Positions 34,905 to 42,882 of a DNA stretch of 64,000 nt are shown one piece after another. The stretch covers positions 13,389 through 77,388 of the forward strand of contig JBEKVO010000005.1 of assembly GCA_049513895.1 (NCBI GenBank). The letters are read 5' to 3'. The position numbers and the translations under genes were made by a program. How positions within the stretch are numbered: the stretch's first letter is position 1; each line of letters begins with the position of its first letter. A model generated the notes under the pieces. It saw only the letters and a list, made by a program, of their open reading frames with translations. It was not told where the DNA came from and made no database searches. Source of the stretch: Rectinemataceae bacterium. GTDB taxonomy: Bacteria > Spirochaetota > Spirochaetia > Treponematales > Rectinemataceae.

Positions 34905-36656
34905 ATGCCTTATGAGATTACGGCTACCCGTAAGCGCCCCCAAAGTTTCGCGGAGCTCGCCGGACAGGAATTCGTATCGGCGACTTTGGAAGCCAGCCTG
35001 GCGAACGGCCGGATAGCCCATGCCTATCTTTTTTCGGGCCCCCGCGGCTGTGGCAAGACGAGCACGGCGCGCATTCTCGCGAGGGCCCTCAACTGCGAGA
35101 AGGGACCCTCGGCGCGACCCTGCGGGAAGTGCCGCTCGTGCGTCGAGATCGCCCGGGGCGCCAGCCTCGACGTGATCGAGATTGACGGCGCCTCCAACAC
35201 CTCGGTCGACAACGTTCGTCAGATCAAGGACGAGGTGCTCTTTCCTCCCAACGGCGGGCGTTACAAAGTCTATATCATTGACGAAGTGCACATGCTCTCG
35301 AACAGCGCCTTCAACGCGCTGCTCAAGACCATCGAGGAGCCGCCCCCCTACATCGTCTTCATCTTCGCGACCACCGAACTTCACAAGGTGCCGGCGACGA
35401 TAAAGAGCCGCTGTCAGCAATTCGCCTTCCGCTTGCTTCGTATCGATACCGTGAAGTCCCTCCTCGCCGTCGCCGCCGCGGAGACGGGAGTCGAGGCCGA
35501 GGACGACGCCCTCCTCTGGATAGCGAAGGAATCGGGCGGCTCGCCCCGCGATGCCTATACCCTCTTCGACCAGGTCGTTTCCTTCTCCGAGGGCAAGATC
35601 ACCTACGCCCTCATTCGCGACAAGCTCGGGCTCACCGGCCTCGATGCGCTGGGAAGCCTCTTCGGCGCGAGCGCAGCGGGGGACACGGGAGCCGCCCTCA
35701 TCGCCCTTGACGAGATTCTCGCCCGCGGCGTGTCGCCCGAGCAGATCGCCTCGGAGGCAGCCGAGTATTGTCGATCCCTCCTCCTCATCCGCAACGGCAT
35801 AACCAAGGCCGCTCTGCTCGGTGCCCCCACATCGTCCTATAACGCGGCCGCGCTGGAGATATTCACGAGCGAGCACCTGGAGCGCGCACTCGCCGAGCTC
35901 CTCGACCTGTACCGCGACCTGCGCTATACGGTCGATCCTCGCTTCGAACTCGAACTCGTCGTGGCCAAACTCTGCCGTCTCGCCGACTACGTGTCGGAGT
36001 CCGAACTGGCGAAGGTGGTATCCTCGCTCAAGCGCCGCCTCGCGGGCGAGGGGACCATCGACGGCATAGCGGCCGACACGATGATCCCCCGCAAGGCTAT
36101 TCCCGACGTTTCTCCCCCGGAAGAAAAAAAAAAGCCTGAGTTACCCCCGCAGCTGAGCGCGGCCTTCGACAGTCTTGCCGCAACGGCGTCGCGACCCCGC
36201 ATCATGAGCGACGCGTCCGAAGCGGATGCGGAAGCGGAGGGCGAGACAATCGCCGGTCCAATCTCCGGCGAGTCGCCCCCGGTCGGCGGGCCCGATCCGC
36301 TCCGGGCCGCGGTGATCGACGCCTTGGGGCGATCGAGTCCGCTGCTCAAGACGGGGTTAGCATCATCCTTGCCTTGGCGCGTCGAGGAGAGGCGGATTGT
36401 CATCCCGTTCCGCTCGGGAATGGATGAGAGCGTCGTACGGAGCAGTCTCGCCGACATAGCGGCCAAAGCCTCGGAACTCGCCGGAAGGCAGCTGAAGGTC
36501 GAGCTCAAGGTGGAGTCGACGCCGAGGCCAGCTGACGTCGCGGCGTCGAAAAATCCGGTTGAGGCCGGGCCCGATCCGGTGGCCATCGTGGAGAGGGTAT
36601 TCAGAGGCACCAGGATGCCCGATAGTGGACGAGGAGCGCATGATGAACTTCGCTGA
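34905..36656 (+). CDS. dnaX: DNA polymerase III subunits gamma and tau
   Basis: AHAYLFSGPRGCGKTSTARILARALNC, clamp-loader Zn module CGKCRSC, SRC motif region; first ATG 34905. Confidence 0.9.
   Translation: MPYEITATRKRPQSFAELAGQEFVSATLEASLANGRIAHAYLFSGPRGCGKTSTARILARALNCEKGPSARPCGKCRSCVEIARGASLDVIEIDGASNTSVDNVRQIKDEVLFPPNGGRYKVYIIDEVHMLSNSAFNALLKTIEEPPPYIVFIFATTELHKVPATIKSRCQQFAFRLLRIDTVKSLLAVAAAETGVEAEDDALLWIAKESGGSPRDAYTLFDQVVSFSEGKITYALIRDKLGLTGLDALGSLFGASAAGDTGAALIALDEILARGVSPEQIASEAAEYCRSLLLIRNGITKAALLGAPTSSYNAAALEIFTSEHLERALAELLDLYRDLRYTVDPRFELELVVAKLCRLADYVSESELAKVVSSLKRRLAGEGTIDGIAADTMIPRKAIPDVSPPEEKKKPELPPQLSAAFDSLAATASRPRIMSDASEADAEAEGETIAGPISGESPPVGGPDPLRAAVIDALGRSSPLLKTGLASSLPWRVEERRIVIPFRSGMDESVVRSSLADIAAKASELAGRQLKVELKVESTPRPADVAASKNPVEAGPDPVAIVERVFRGTRMPDSGRGAHDELR
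36124..36139 (+). other. A10 run containing in-frame A AAA AAG slippery heptamer followed by a -1 frame GCC TGA stop (candidate gamma-subunit recoding site)
   Basis: Zero frame GAA GAA AAA AAA AAG CCT GAG (EEKKKPE); -1 frame after slip reads AAA AAA GCC TGA. Confidence 0.55.
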
Positions 36657-36972
36657 GATCATGGAGATGCTGAGGAACCCCCAGGCGTTGCAGGCGCAGA
36701 TGACCGAGCTGCGCGAGAAGACCGAGAGGATACGGGCCACGGGAAACTCCGGCGGCGGCATGGTGCGCGTGACCTTGAATGGAGCCTTGGAGATGCTTTC
36801 CTGCGAGATATCTCCCGAGATCGTCGCGGGAGGCGATACGGCCCTCATCCAGGACCTCGTGCGAGGCGCCTTCAACGACGCGGCAGCGAAGGTCAAGGAG
36901 TCGCTGCAGGCCGAGCTTTCTTCGGGGATGGGGGGCATGCCCTTTCCGCCCGGGATGCTCGGGGGACTGTAG
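36640..36972 (+). CDS. ybaB: Nucleoid-associated protein YbaB/EbfC
   Basis: MMNFAEIMEMLRNPQALQAQMTELREK...GGGMVRVTLNG...; canonical dnaX-ybaB-recR order. Confidence 0.85.
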   Translation: MMNFAEIMEMLRNPQALQAQMTELREKTERIRATGNSGGGMVRVTLNGALEMLSCEISPEIVAGGDTALIQDLVRGAFNDAAAKVKESLQAELSSGMGGMPFPPGMLGGL

Positions 36973-37559
36973 TGAGGGCTCTCGAGGAGCTCGTGAGCCT
37001 TCTTACGAGGCTTCCGGGCATCGGGCGCAAGAGCGCCCTCAGGGTGACATATTATCTGCTCAAAACCGATGGATCCTTCGCACAGGCCCTTGCGGACAGA
37101 ATACGCGAGCTCAAGGGATCCATAACCTTCTGCTCGCTCTGCGGCTCGTATACGGAATCCGATCCCTGCCCGGTCTGCTCCTCGCCCTCCCGCGACCACT
37201 GTCTCATCTGCGCCGTGGAGCAGCCCCAGGACGTCGTGACAATCGAGGCTTCGCGCGAATATCATGGTCTTTACCACGTTCTCGGCGGTCTAATCTCTCC
37301 CCTGGACGGAGTCGGCCCCGAGGACCTCAAGATACGCGAGCTCGTCGCGAGAGCCGGCTCGGGCGAGGTGACGGAGGTTGTGGTCGCGACGAATCCGACC
37401 GTAGAGGGGGATACCACCGCGCTCTATCTAAAACGCCTCCTCGAGCCCACCGGCGTCGCGGTCACGAGGCTCGCTACGGGTATTCCGGTTGGCGGGGACC
37501 TCGAGTATGCCGATCGGCTGACTCTGGCGCGTTCGTTCCGCGGCCGTACGAAGCTGTAA
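36972..37559 (+). CDS. recR: Recombination protein RecR
   Basis: LPGIGRKSALR helix-hairpin-helix, CSLCGSYTESDPCPVC zinc finger, Toprim region; GTG start overlapping ybaB stop. Confidence 0.9.
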   Translation: MRALEELVSLLTRLPGIGRKSALRVTYYLLKTDGSFAQALADRIRELKGSITFCSLCGSYTESDPCPVCSSPSRDHCLICAVEQPQDVVTIEASREYHGLYHVLGGLISPLDGVGPEDLKIRELVARAGSGEVTEVVVATNPTVEGDTTALYLKRLLEPTGVAVTRLATGIPVGGDLEYADRLTLARSFRGRTKL

Positions 37560-37570
37560 CGGGGGGTTCG

Positions 37571-38341
37571 ATGATGGATTGGGATCCGTCGCAGTATCTG
37601 CGATTCGTGGCGGAGCGGACTCGACCTTCCGCCGACCTGGCGGCTCGGATCGAAGTTGCGGAGCCATCGGCCATCGTCGACATAGGCTGCGGCCCGGGCA
37701 ACAGCACGCGCGTGCTGCGCGACAGGTGGCCGCAAAGCTCCATCCTCGGTCTGGATAGCTCCCCCGCGATGATAGCGCAGGCCAAACAGGAATATAATGA
37801 GATGTCATGGACCGTAGCCGACGCGTCGGACTTCGACGCGCGGGAGGCCTACGATGTCGTTTTCTCGAACGCGGCGCTGCAGTGGATCCCCGATCACGCC
37901 CGCCTCGTGCCGAAGCTTTTCGGCGCGGTCCGGCCTCGCGGAGCCCTGGCGATCCAAATCCCTCAATTCACGTCCATGCCGATAAGCGCCGCGATGGAGG
38001 CGGTGGCCGGATCCGTTCGATGGGCAAAGCACACCGAAGGCTGTGCCGCGAACTTCACCTACCATGATGCGAAGTACTACTACGATCTCCTCTGCCCTCT
38101 TTCGAGCGGGATCGACCTATGGGAAACCTGGTATTTCCACGTTCTGCCTTCCCACGGAGCGCTGATCGATTTCATCCGCAGCACGGGAATGAAACCCTAC
38201 CTCGACGCGATCTCCGGCGAGGCCAACAAGGCCGAGTTCGAGCGCGACGTTCTCGCCAGGGTGGAGAAGGCCTATCCCTCCGGCGCGGACGGTAAAGTCC
38301 TTTTCCCCTTCGACAGACTTTTCTTCATCGCGTACAGATAG
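37571..38341 (+). CDS. tam: Trans-aconitate 2-methyltransferase
   Basis: MMDWDPSQYLRFVAERTRPSADLAARI...VDIGCGPGNST...GLDSSPAMIAQAK closely parallels E. coli Tam N-terminus. Confidence 0.8.
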   Translation: MMDWDPSQYLRFVAERTRPSADLAARIEVAEPSAIVDIGCGPGNSTRVLRDRWPQSSILGLDSSPAMIAQAKQEYNEMSWTVADASDFDAREAYDVVFSNAALQWIPDHARLVPKLFGAVRPRGALAIQIPQFTSMPISAAMEAVAGSVRWAKHTEGCAANFTYHDAKYYYDLLCPLSSGIDLWETWYFHVLPSHGALIDFIRSTGMKPYLDAISGEANKAEFERDVLARVEKAYPSGADGKVLFPFDRLFFIAYR

Positions 38342-38349
38342 TGAGTCCG

Positions 38350-40203
38350 CTACAGTTTCTTGAAGCAGGACTCGATGATCGGCAGCAGGCTCGGCATCGA
38401 AAAGCCGAGTGCCTCGACGGTATCGTGCTCCGCGGAATGTTCCCAATCCATGAAGGGATCGTCGTAGTGCGCGGTGATGAAGCCGTAAACTTGGTCTTCC
38501 GCGTCGTTGGCTTCCGTACCGAAAATTCCGTGGCTCCTCGTCTGGCTTGCCAATAGCGTGCGATGGATGTGGTCGCGCACTTTCGCGAGGAATATTTCCT
38601 TGTAGACGTCATAGGTCCTGCCTGAGAGCTTGCGGATGGAGTCGGAAATGGAGTCCCGCTTGGCCCGGATCTCCCGTACCGGTTCGGGGCCCGCGGGAAC
38701 GCGTCCCAGGAGCCGACCGCCCTTGGCCGCGGGGCGGAGCATGGCCGAACCCGCGCTGACGCCCACGGCTTTGCTTGTTGCATCGTCGTGCGCGCTCGAG
38801 GGCGCCGGTATGCGGCGCTCGGGAGGGGCCGTGACGCGAGAAGCGGCGCGGAGGCCGAGGCCTTTGTCGCGCGGCGCTTGGTCCGTTTGAGCGCGCAAAG
38901 ACGTCGCCCCGAGGACGAAACTCGGCGGTGCCGTAATCCGCCCTCTCGAGCTCGAGCGCTGCGCGACCCGCGTGGGCAGCTCGTCGTCAGCCGGAGGCCC
39001 ATTCTTCGCCGGGAAGGGCGGTACGGGGCGCGCCTCGATAGGGCCCTTGGCCGATGACGATATCGAGGCTCTCCGGGTGCGCACCCTCGACTCGGGCGAG
39101 GGGCCGGCACGAGTTGTCGCTTCGGGTCCCGGCACGGCCAGGCGCTCGGCCACAACTCGATCGTCCATGCGTGCGCGCAGTCGGCGCCACATGATCTGCA
39201 TATAAAGATCGCCGCTCACCGAATAGCTGTAGCTCGTCGTGAGGATCGCGGCGACGGAGCTCAATATTTCATCGTCGGTGGCTCCATGGGCACGCTCGAG
39301 TTTGATCGTGCGGAAGACCTCGAAATGCTTTCCGCCGAATTTGCGCGAGAAGAGGAAGACTATTCGCTCGAAGGACGCGTCTTTCACATGAGGCCAGTAT
39401 TTCGCGCAGAGGGCGAGGACTTTATCCTCGCGTCTAGTCAGGGATGGAGATATCTCCACCCGCGCCTTGTCGGCCTCGGTGAACTTTATTCGATCGGGAT
39501 CGAAATAGTTGTGGCTCCGCGTCCTGGAGCTCTGACGCCTTCGCTCGAGACTCGCGCTCCTGGAAACGAAGTCGTAGCTCTCTTCCGCCGGACCCGCCGG
39601 AGAGTAAGCGTCCGGGTGTTGCGAGGAGGCCCGGCGCTGCGCCTCGATGGCGGCGCTACGGGCGATGAAGTCGTACTCGGAGGGTGCATCGGCTCGGCTA
39701 ACGGCGTCGTATTCTCGGACCAGGTCGAGGGCGCGCCTGACGAGGACCTCGCGATGACCGAGGATGCGTGCGAATTGGTCGTAGCGGATGAGGAGGTCGA
39801 GGGCGCCATCGGTTTCGCCCGGAATGCGAGAAAGGACGGATTCCACCGCCTTGAGCGCGTGCAGCGCGTCCGAGAGGTCTGCCCTCTCGAGGGGAGCGAT
39901 TATCAGGTCTATGTTGGAGCGGATCCGCGCGGAGAGCCGTGCGGCGAAGCCGAGAACGAGGCTTTCCTGGTATGCCGCGTAGCGTGGGTCGTTCTCGCGG
40001 AAGAGCTTGAGCAGAAGTACTCGCGCGGTGTCGTCGGGGTAGCGCACTCGGAGAGTCCCGTTGTAGACGGAAAGGGCGTAACCGAGTCTGCCCGCCTTGC
40101 GCAGTTCGAAGTAGCGCTCGATGTCGGGGTCGCCTCCGAAGCGCAGGTCGGGGAAGACCAGCTTGACGATCTCGCGTTTCTTCTCGGTACTCAGCTCGTC
40201 CAT
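38350..40203 (-). CDS. Hypothetical protein with central Arg/Ser/Pro/Ala-rich low-complexity region
   Basis: Long ORF; start placed at MDELSTEKK (40203) because the flaB terminator occupies 40266-40297. Confidence 0.55.
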   Translation of the reverse strand: MDELSTEKKREIVKLVFPDLRFGGDPDIERYFELRKAGRLGYALSVYNGTLRVRYPDDTARVLLLKLFRENDPRYAAYQESLVLGFAARLSARIRSNIDLIIAPLERADLSDALHALKAVESVLSRIPGETDGALDLLIRYDQFARILGHREVLVRRALDLVREYDAVSRADAPSEYDFIARSAAIEAQRRASSQHPDAYSPAGPAEESYDFVSRSASLERRRQSSRTRSHNYFDPDRIKFTEADKARVEISPSLTRREDKVLALCAKYWPHVKDASFERIVFLFSRKFGGKHFEVFRTIKLERAHGATDDEILSSVAAILTTSYSYSVSGDLYMQIMWRRLRARMDDRVVAERLAVPGPEATTRAGPSPESRVRTRRASISSSAKGPIEARPVPPFPAKNGPPADDELPTRVAQRSSSRGRITAPPSFVLGATSLRAQTDQAPRDKGLGLRAASRVTAPPERRIPAPSSAHDDATSKAVGVSAGSAMLRPAAKGGRLLGRVPAGPEPVREIRAKRDSISDSIRKLSGRTYDVYKEIFLAKVRDHIHRTLLASQTRSHGIFGTEANDAEDQVYGFITAHYDDPFMDWEHSAEHDTVEALGFSMPSLLPIIESCFKKL

Positions 40204-40265
40204 CGCGGGGATTATACGCGGCAAAGGGACGACACACAACGGCAAAAGGAGCCTGTTCCTCCTCA

Positions 40266-40297
40266 TAGAAAACGGCCGCCCCGTTTGGGGCGGCCGT
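40266..40297 (-). terminator. Rho-independent terminator of flaB
   Basis: Minus strand ACGGCCGCCCC-AAAC-GGGGCGGCCGT followed by TTTTCTAT, 20 nt after the flaB stop. Confidence 0.7.
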
Positions 40298-40317
40298 CGC
40301 GCCGTGCGCCGGGGGGC

Positions 40318-41178
40318 TTACTGGAGGAGCGACAAAACCTGCTGAGTTTTCTGATTGGCCTGGGCGAGCATCGCGTTTCCAGCCTGAGCGAGTATGCGGT
40401 TCTTGGTGTAGTTGACCATTTCGTTGGCCATGTCGGTGTCCCTGATCCGGCTCTCGGCGGCTTGGAGGTTTTCGGCCCCCACGTCGATGCCTTTTATCGC
40501 GTGCTCGAGGCGGTTCTGGTAGGCGCCGAGGTCGGCACGCTGCTTGTTGATCCGCTTCAGAGCCTGGTCCAGGGTGCCGATGGCGCGATTGGAACCGTCG
40601 GGCGTACCGACCGAAATGATCGAGTCATCGCCGAAGTTCCGTACGCCGAGGGCCTTAGAGGTCATCGTCCCGATGAAGACCTGCATGCGCTGGTCGATGT
40701 TGGATCCGATGTGGAACCACATGGAGCCGGTAACGCTGTTCTCCCCAGTGGGGCGCGCGAAGCGCCCGGTGAGGAGGTTGAGCCCGTTGAACTGCGCGTG
40801 GCTGGCGATCCTGTCGATCTCGTCGACGAGCTGGCTGACCTCCACCTGGATCTGCATCCTGTCCTCAGCGGTGTAAACGCCGTTCGAGGATTGGACCGCG
40901 AGCTCGCGTAGCCGCTGGATTATATCCTGCGACTCCCCGAGGTAGCCTTCCGTCGTCTGGATAAACGAAATACCATCCTGCGCGTTCTTCGAGGCCCGCT
41001 CGAGGCCGCGGATCTGACTGCGCATCTTTTCGGAGACGGCGAGCCCGGAGGCGTCGTCTCCCGCGCGGTTGATCCTGATCCCCGATGAGAGCTTTTCCAT
41101 CCCCTTCGTAGTCTCGTCGTTGACGGTCCGGAGAGAACGATCGGCGAACATGGCGCTGAGATTGTGATTGATAATCAT
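40318..41178 (-). CDS. flaB: Flagellar filament core protein (spirochaete FlaB-type flagellin)
   Basis: [17 protein letters not shown]...[30 protein letters not shown] and C-terminal [15 protein letters not shown]; 286 aa. Confidence 0.9.
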   Translation of the reverse strand: MIINHNLSAMFADRSLRTVNDETTKGMEKLSSGIRINRAGDDASGLAVSEKMRSQIRGLERASKNAQDGISFIQTTEGYLGESQDIIQRLRELAVQSSNGVYTAEDRMQIQVEVSQLVDEIDRIASHAQFNGLNLLTGRFARPTGENSVTGSMWFHIGSNIDQRMQVFIGTMTSKALGVRNFGDDSIISVGTPDGSNRAIGTLDQALKRINKQRADLGAYQNRLEHAIKGIDVGAENLQAAESRIRDTDMANEMVNYTKNRILAQAGNAMLAQANQKTQQVLSLLQ

Positions 41179-41351
41179 GCCTTACTCCTTAATGGCTCAC
41201 GACGGCCTTCTAATGACCGTCTCGGCTTCCTTGCCGGCTTGTGGCGCGCCGGTCCCGCTCGCGTCCTCCGCGATTCCTTCCGCGGCGTCGACGCTGAGGA
41301 AGCCCCGGTCTCGCGCATGACACGCTCACACCGGGTATTCCTACCTTCCGA

Positions 41352-41378
41352 GTATCGGAATCAGGCCGCGCCGCTTTA
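41352..41378 (-). promoter_or_regulatory. Sigma28 (FliA)-type promoter TAAA-N15-TCCGATAC upstream of flaB
   Basis: Minus strand CTAAAGCGGCGCGGCCTGATTCCGATACT; consensus TAAA-N15-GCCGATAA; implies ~165-nt leader. Confidence 0.5.
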
Positions 41379-41461
41379 GAATAAAAGGTGGCGTCAGGCG
41401 ATGGGGCCCTCGTATTGGCCCAGAGGAACGAGACATGGTATAATTATGCGAGGCTTAAGCG

Positions 41462-41821
41462 ATGACCATACGACGAGTAGCGGAGATTCTCGAAGCTAAG
41501 ATAGCCACCGGCGAGGATCAGCTTGAACTGGAGGTGAGCGCCGCTTGCGGCGCCGATCTGATGAGCGACGTGATGGCCTTCGTCAAGGAGAAGGTAGTCC
41601 TGCTCACCGGTCTCGTGAACCCGCAGGCGATACGCACCGCCGATCTCATGGATATCCGCGTAGTCGTGCTCGTTCGCGGCAAAAGCCCTACCGAGGATAT
41701 CGTGGACATGGCCCGCGACAACGGCATGGTCCTACTCTCCACGAAATATTCCATGTTCCTCGCTTGCGGGAGGCTCTATGAAGCCGGTCTTCGCAGCGGA
41801 GGGATCAGGGATATCGTTTGA
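41462..41821 (+). CDS. DRTGG domain protein
   Basis: CGADLMSDVMAFV...VLLTGLVNPQAIRTADLMDI...VLVRG pattern of DRTGG domain. Confidence 0.6.
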   Translation: MTIRRVAEILEAKIATGEDQLELEVSAACGADLMSDVMAFVKEKVVLLTGLVNPQAIRTADLMDIRVVVLVRGKSPTEDIVDMARDNGMVLLSTKYSMFLACGRLYEAGLRSGGIRDIV

Positions 41822-42135
41822 AGAGATAGCGCCTCCGGGTCCGGATCGGAAGCCGAAGTTCGAGTAGCGGGGTTATCACCGATCGAGACGCCCGCGCGAG
41901 TAAAGGTATAAAGGATTTTGTAGCCTTCCTTGACATGCTTGGCGACAAGGCGGCGAATGGTTTTATCCCTTTCGAGGAGCGTCTGGTATCGATGCAGGCG
42001 CTCCCTCTCCTTTCCGAGGCCTATGCGCCATGAGGCGCATAGTGCGTAGGGCGAGTCCAGTACTGGCTGGCGATCATGGACTGTGTAGTAGTGGGTCTTG
42101 CCGTCCTTGCCCTGCTTGTACAAGGTTATAATCAT
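41776..42135 (-). CDS. WGR-domain-like small protein
   Basis: KTHYYTVHDRQPVLDSPYALCASWRIGLGKERE resembles the WGR core (W-G/R-R-I-G); 3' end overlaps DRTGG gene by 46 nt (convergent). Confidence 0.5.
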   Translation of the reverse strand: MIITLYKQGKDGKTHYYTVHDRQPVLDSPYALCASWRIGLGKERERLHRYQTLLERDKTIRRLVAKHVKEGYKILYTFTRAGVSIGDNPATRTSASDPDPEALSLQTISLIPPLRRPAS

Positions 42136-42176
42136 CTGGATATCCTATCGGCCGTGGGTATCGCGGAAGTAAACAT

Positions 42177-42209
42177 AAAAAAGGGCCGACGCCTGCCGGC
42201 GGGGCCCCC
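42177..42209 (-). terminator. Rho-independent terminator-like hairpin 41 nt upstream of the WGR gene start
   Basis: Minus strand GGGGGCCCCGCC-GGCA-GGCGTCGGCCC followed by TTTTTT. Confidence 0.55.
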
Positions 42210-42749
42210 ATTCGAAGCTAACGCCGCGTTGAGGACCGAAGTCCATCGAACTTATCCGCGGCGAGCGAATGCTTTAAAAAAAGCATTGCAGAGCCCTTTG
42301 GCTCGATGATAAAAGCGCGACGCGCGACCTGCTAACAAAACAAAAGTACGCTGCCGCGTTGCGCGAACCCGTCGCCCCTTCGGCGGCCGCGCCTACCGTA
42401 GTTCTCGATCCCAGCTGACCCTCGCCGGGTCACTGGGACACAAACCGGAAAAAATCGCGGCCGGCATCCCCTGGCGGTTGCTATCTGCCCGAGGCCGGCT
42501 CGGAACTCTCGGGCGGGGCTTCCATATCGGACCTCCTCTCCCTATCGTCCCGGCATCCGATTGCCGCTCGATTGGCGGGTCGGACCCTGCGAAAATTTTT
42601 AAATGCGCACTTAATTTCAAGGACTACTAGCATTAACATACGCTATTGGTCCCATAAATCAATAGTAATAAACTCGTCTTTTTGTATTTTTTCTCCTTGA
42701 GATATGTCTATACAGGCATGGATGATGCATATTTCGCATCCCATTCAAT

Positions 42750-42778
42750 TTGACAAAGCTCCAAAAGGACACTATATT
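42750..42778 (+). promoter_or_regulatory. Sigma70-like promoter TTGACA-17-TATATT for the glycoside hydrolase gene
   Basis: Hexamers and spacing counted directly in an AT-rich stretch. Confidence 0.5.
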
Positions 42779-42882
42779 AATTCTTTAACCGTAAAATGTC
42801 GTTTCTCTGAAAAGCGTAGAAAATCCTGCGGTCTCTCGCGTACCTCGTGCCGAGGCAGCAGTCGGGTATAAGGGGTTCGTCT

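Noticed and set aside
34719-35876. 385-aa minus-strand ORF spanning the last tRNA, the SRP RNA and the 5' half of dnaX
   Set aside because: It overlaps three well-supported features, and its translation is low-complexity.
36779-37570. Upstream 264 codons of track ORF 36779..38341 (+), and the upstream part of 21816..23162 (+)
   Set aside because: These segments lie inside recR/ybaB and ugd respectively, in other frames. Homology to Tam and UXS begins only at 37571 and 22179.
42380-42450. GGTCACTGGGACACAAACCGGAAAA looked like a cobalamin-riboswitch B12 box region; GCCGAAGGGGCGAC (minus strand, ~42375-42388) looked like a glycine-riboswitch core
   Set aside because: The surrounding conserved elements of both classes are missing, for example GGGAAxxxGGTG and GCCACTG for B12, and CUCUGGAGAG...CUCAGGCAAAAGGAC for glycine.
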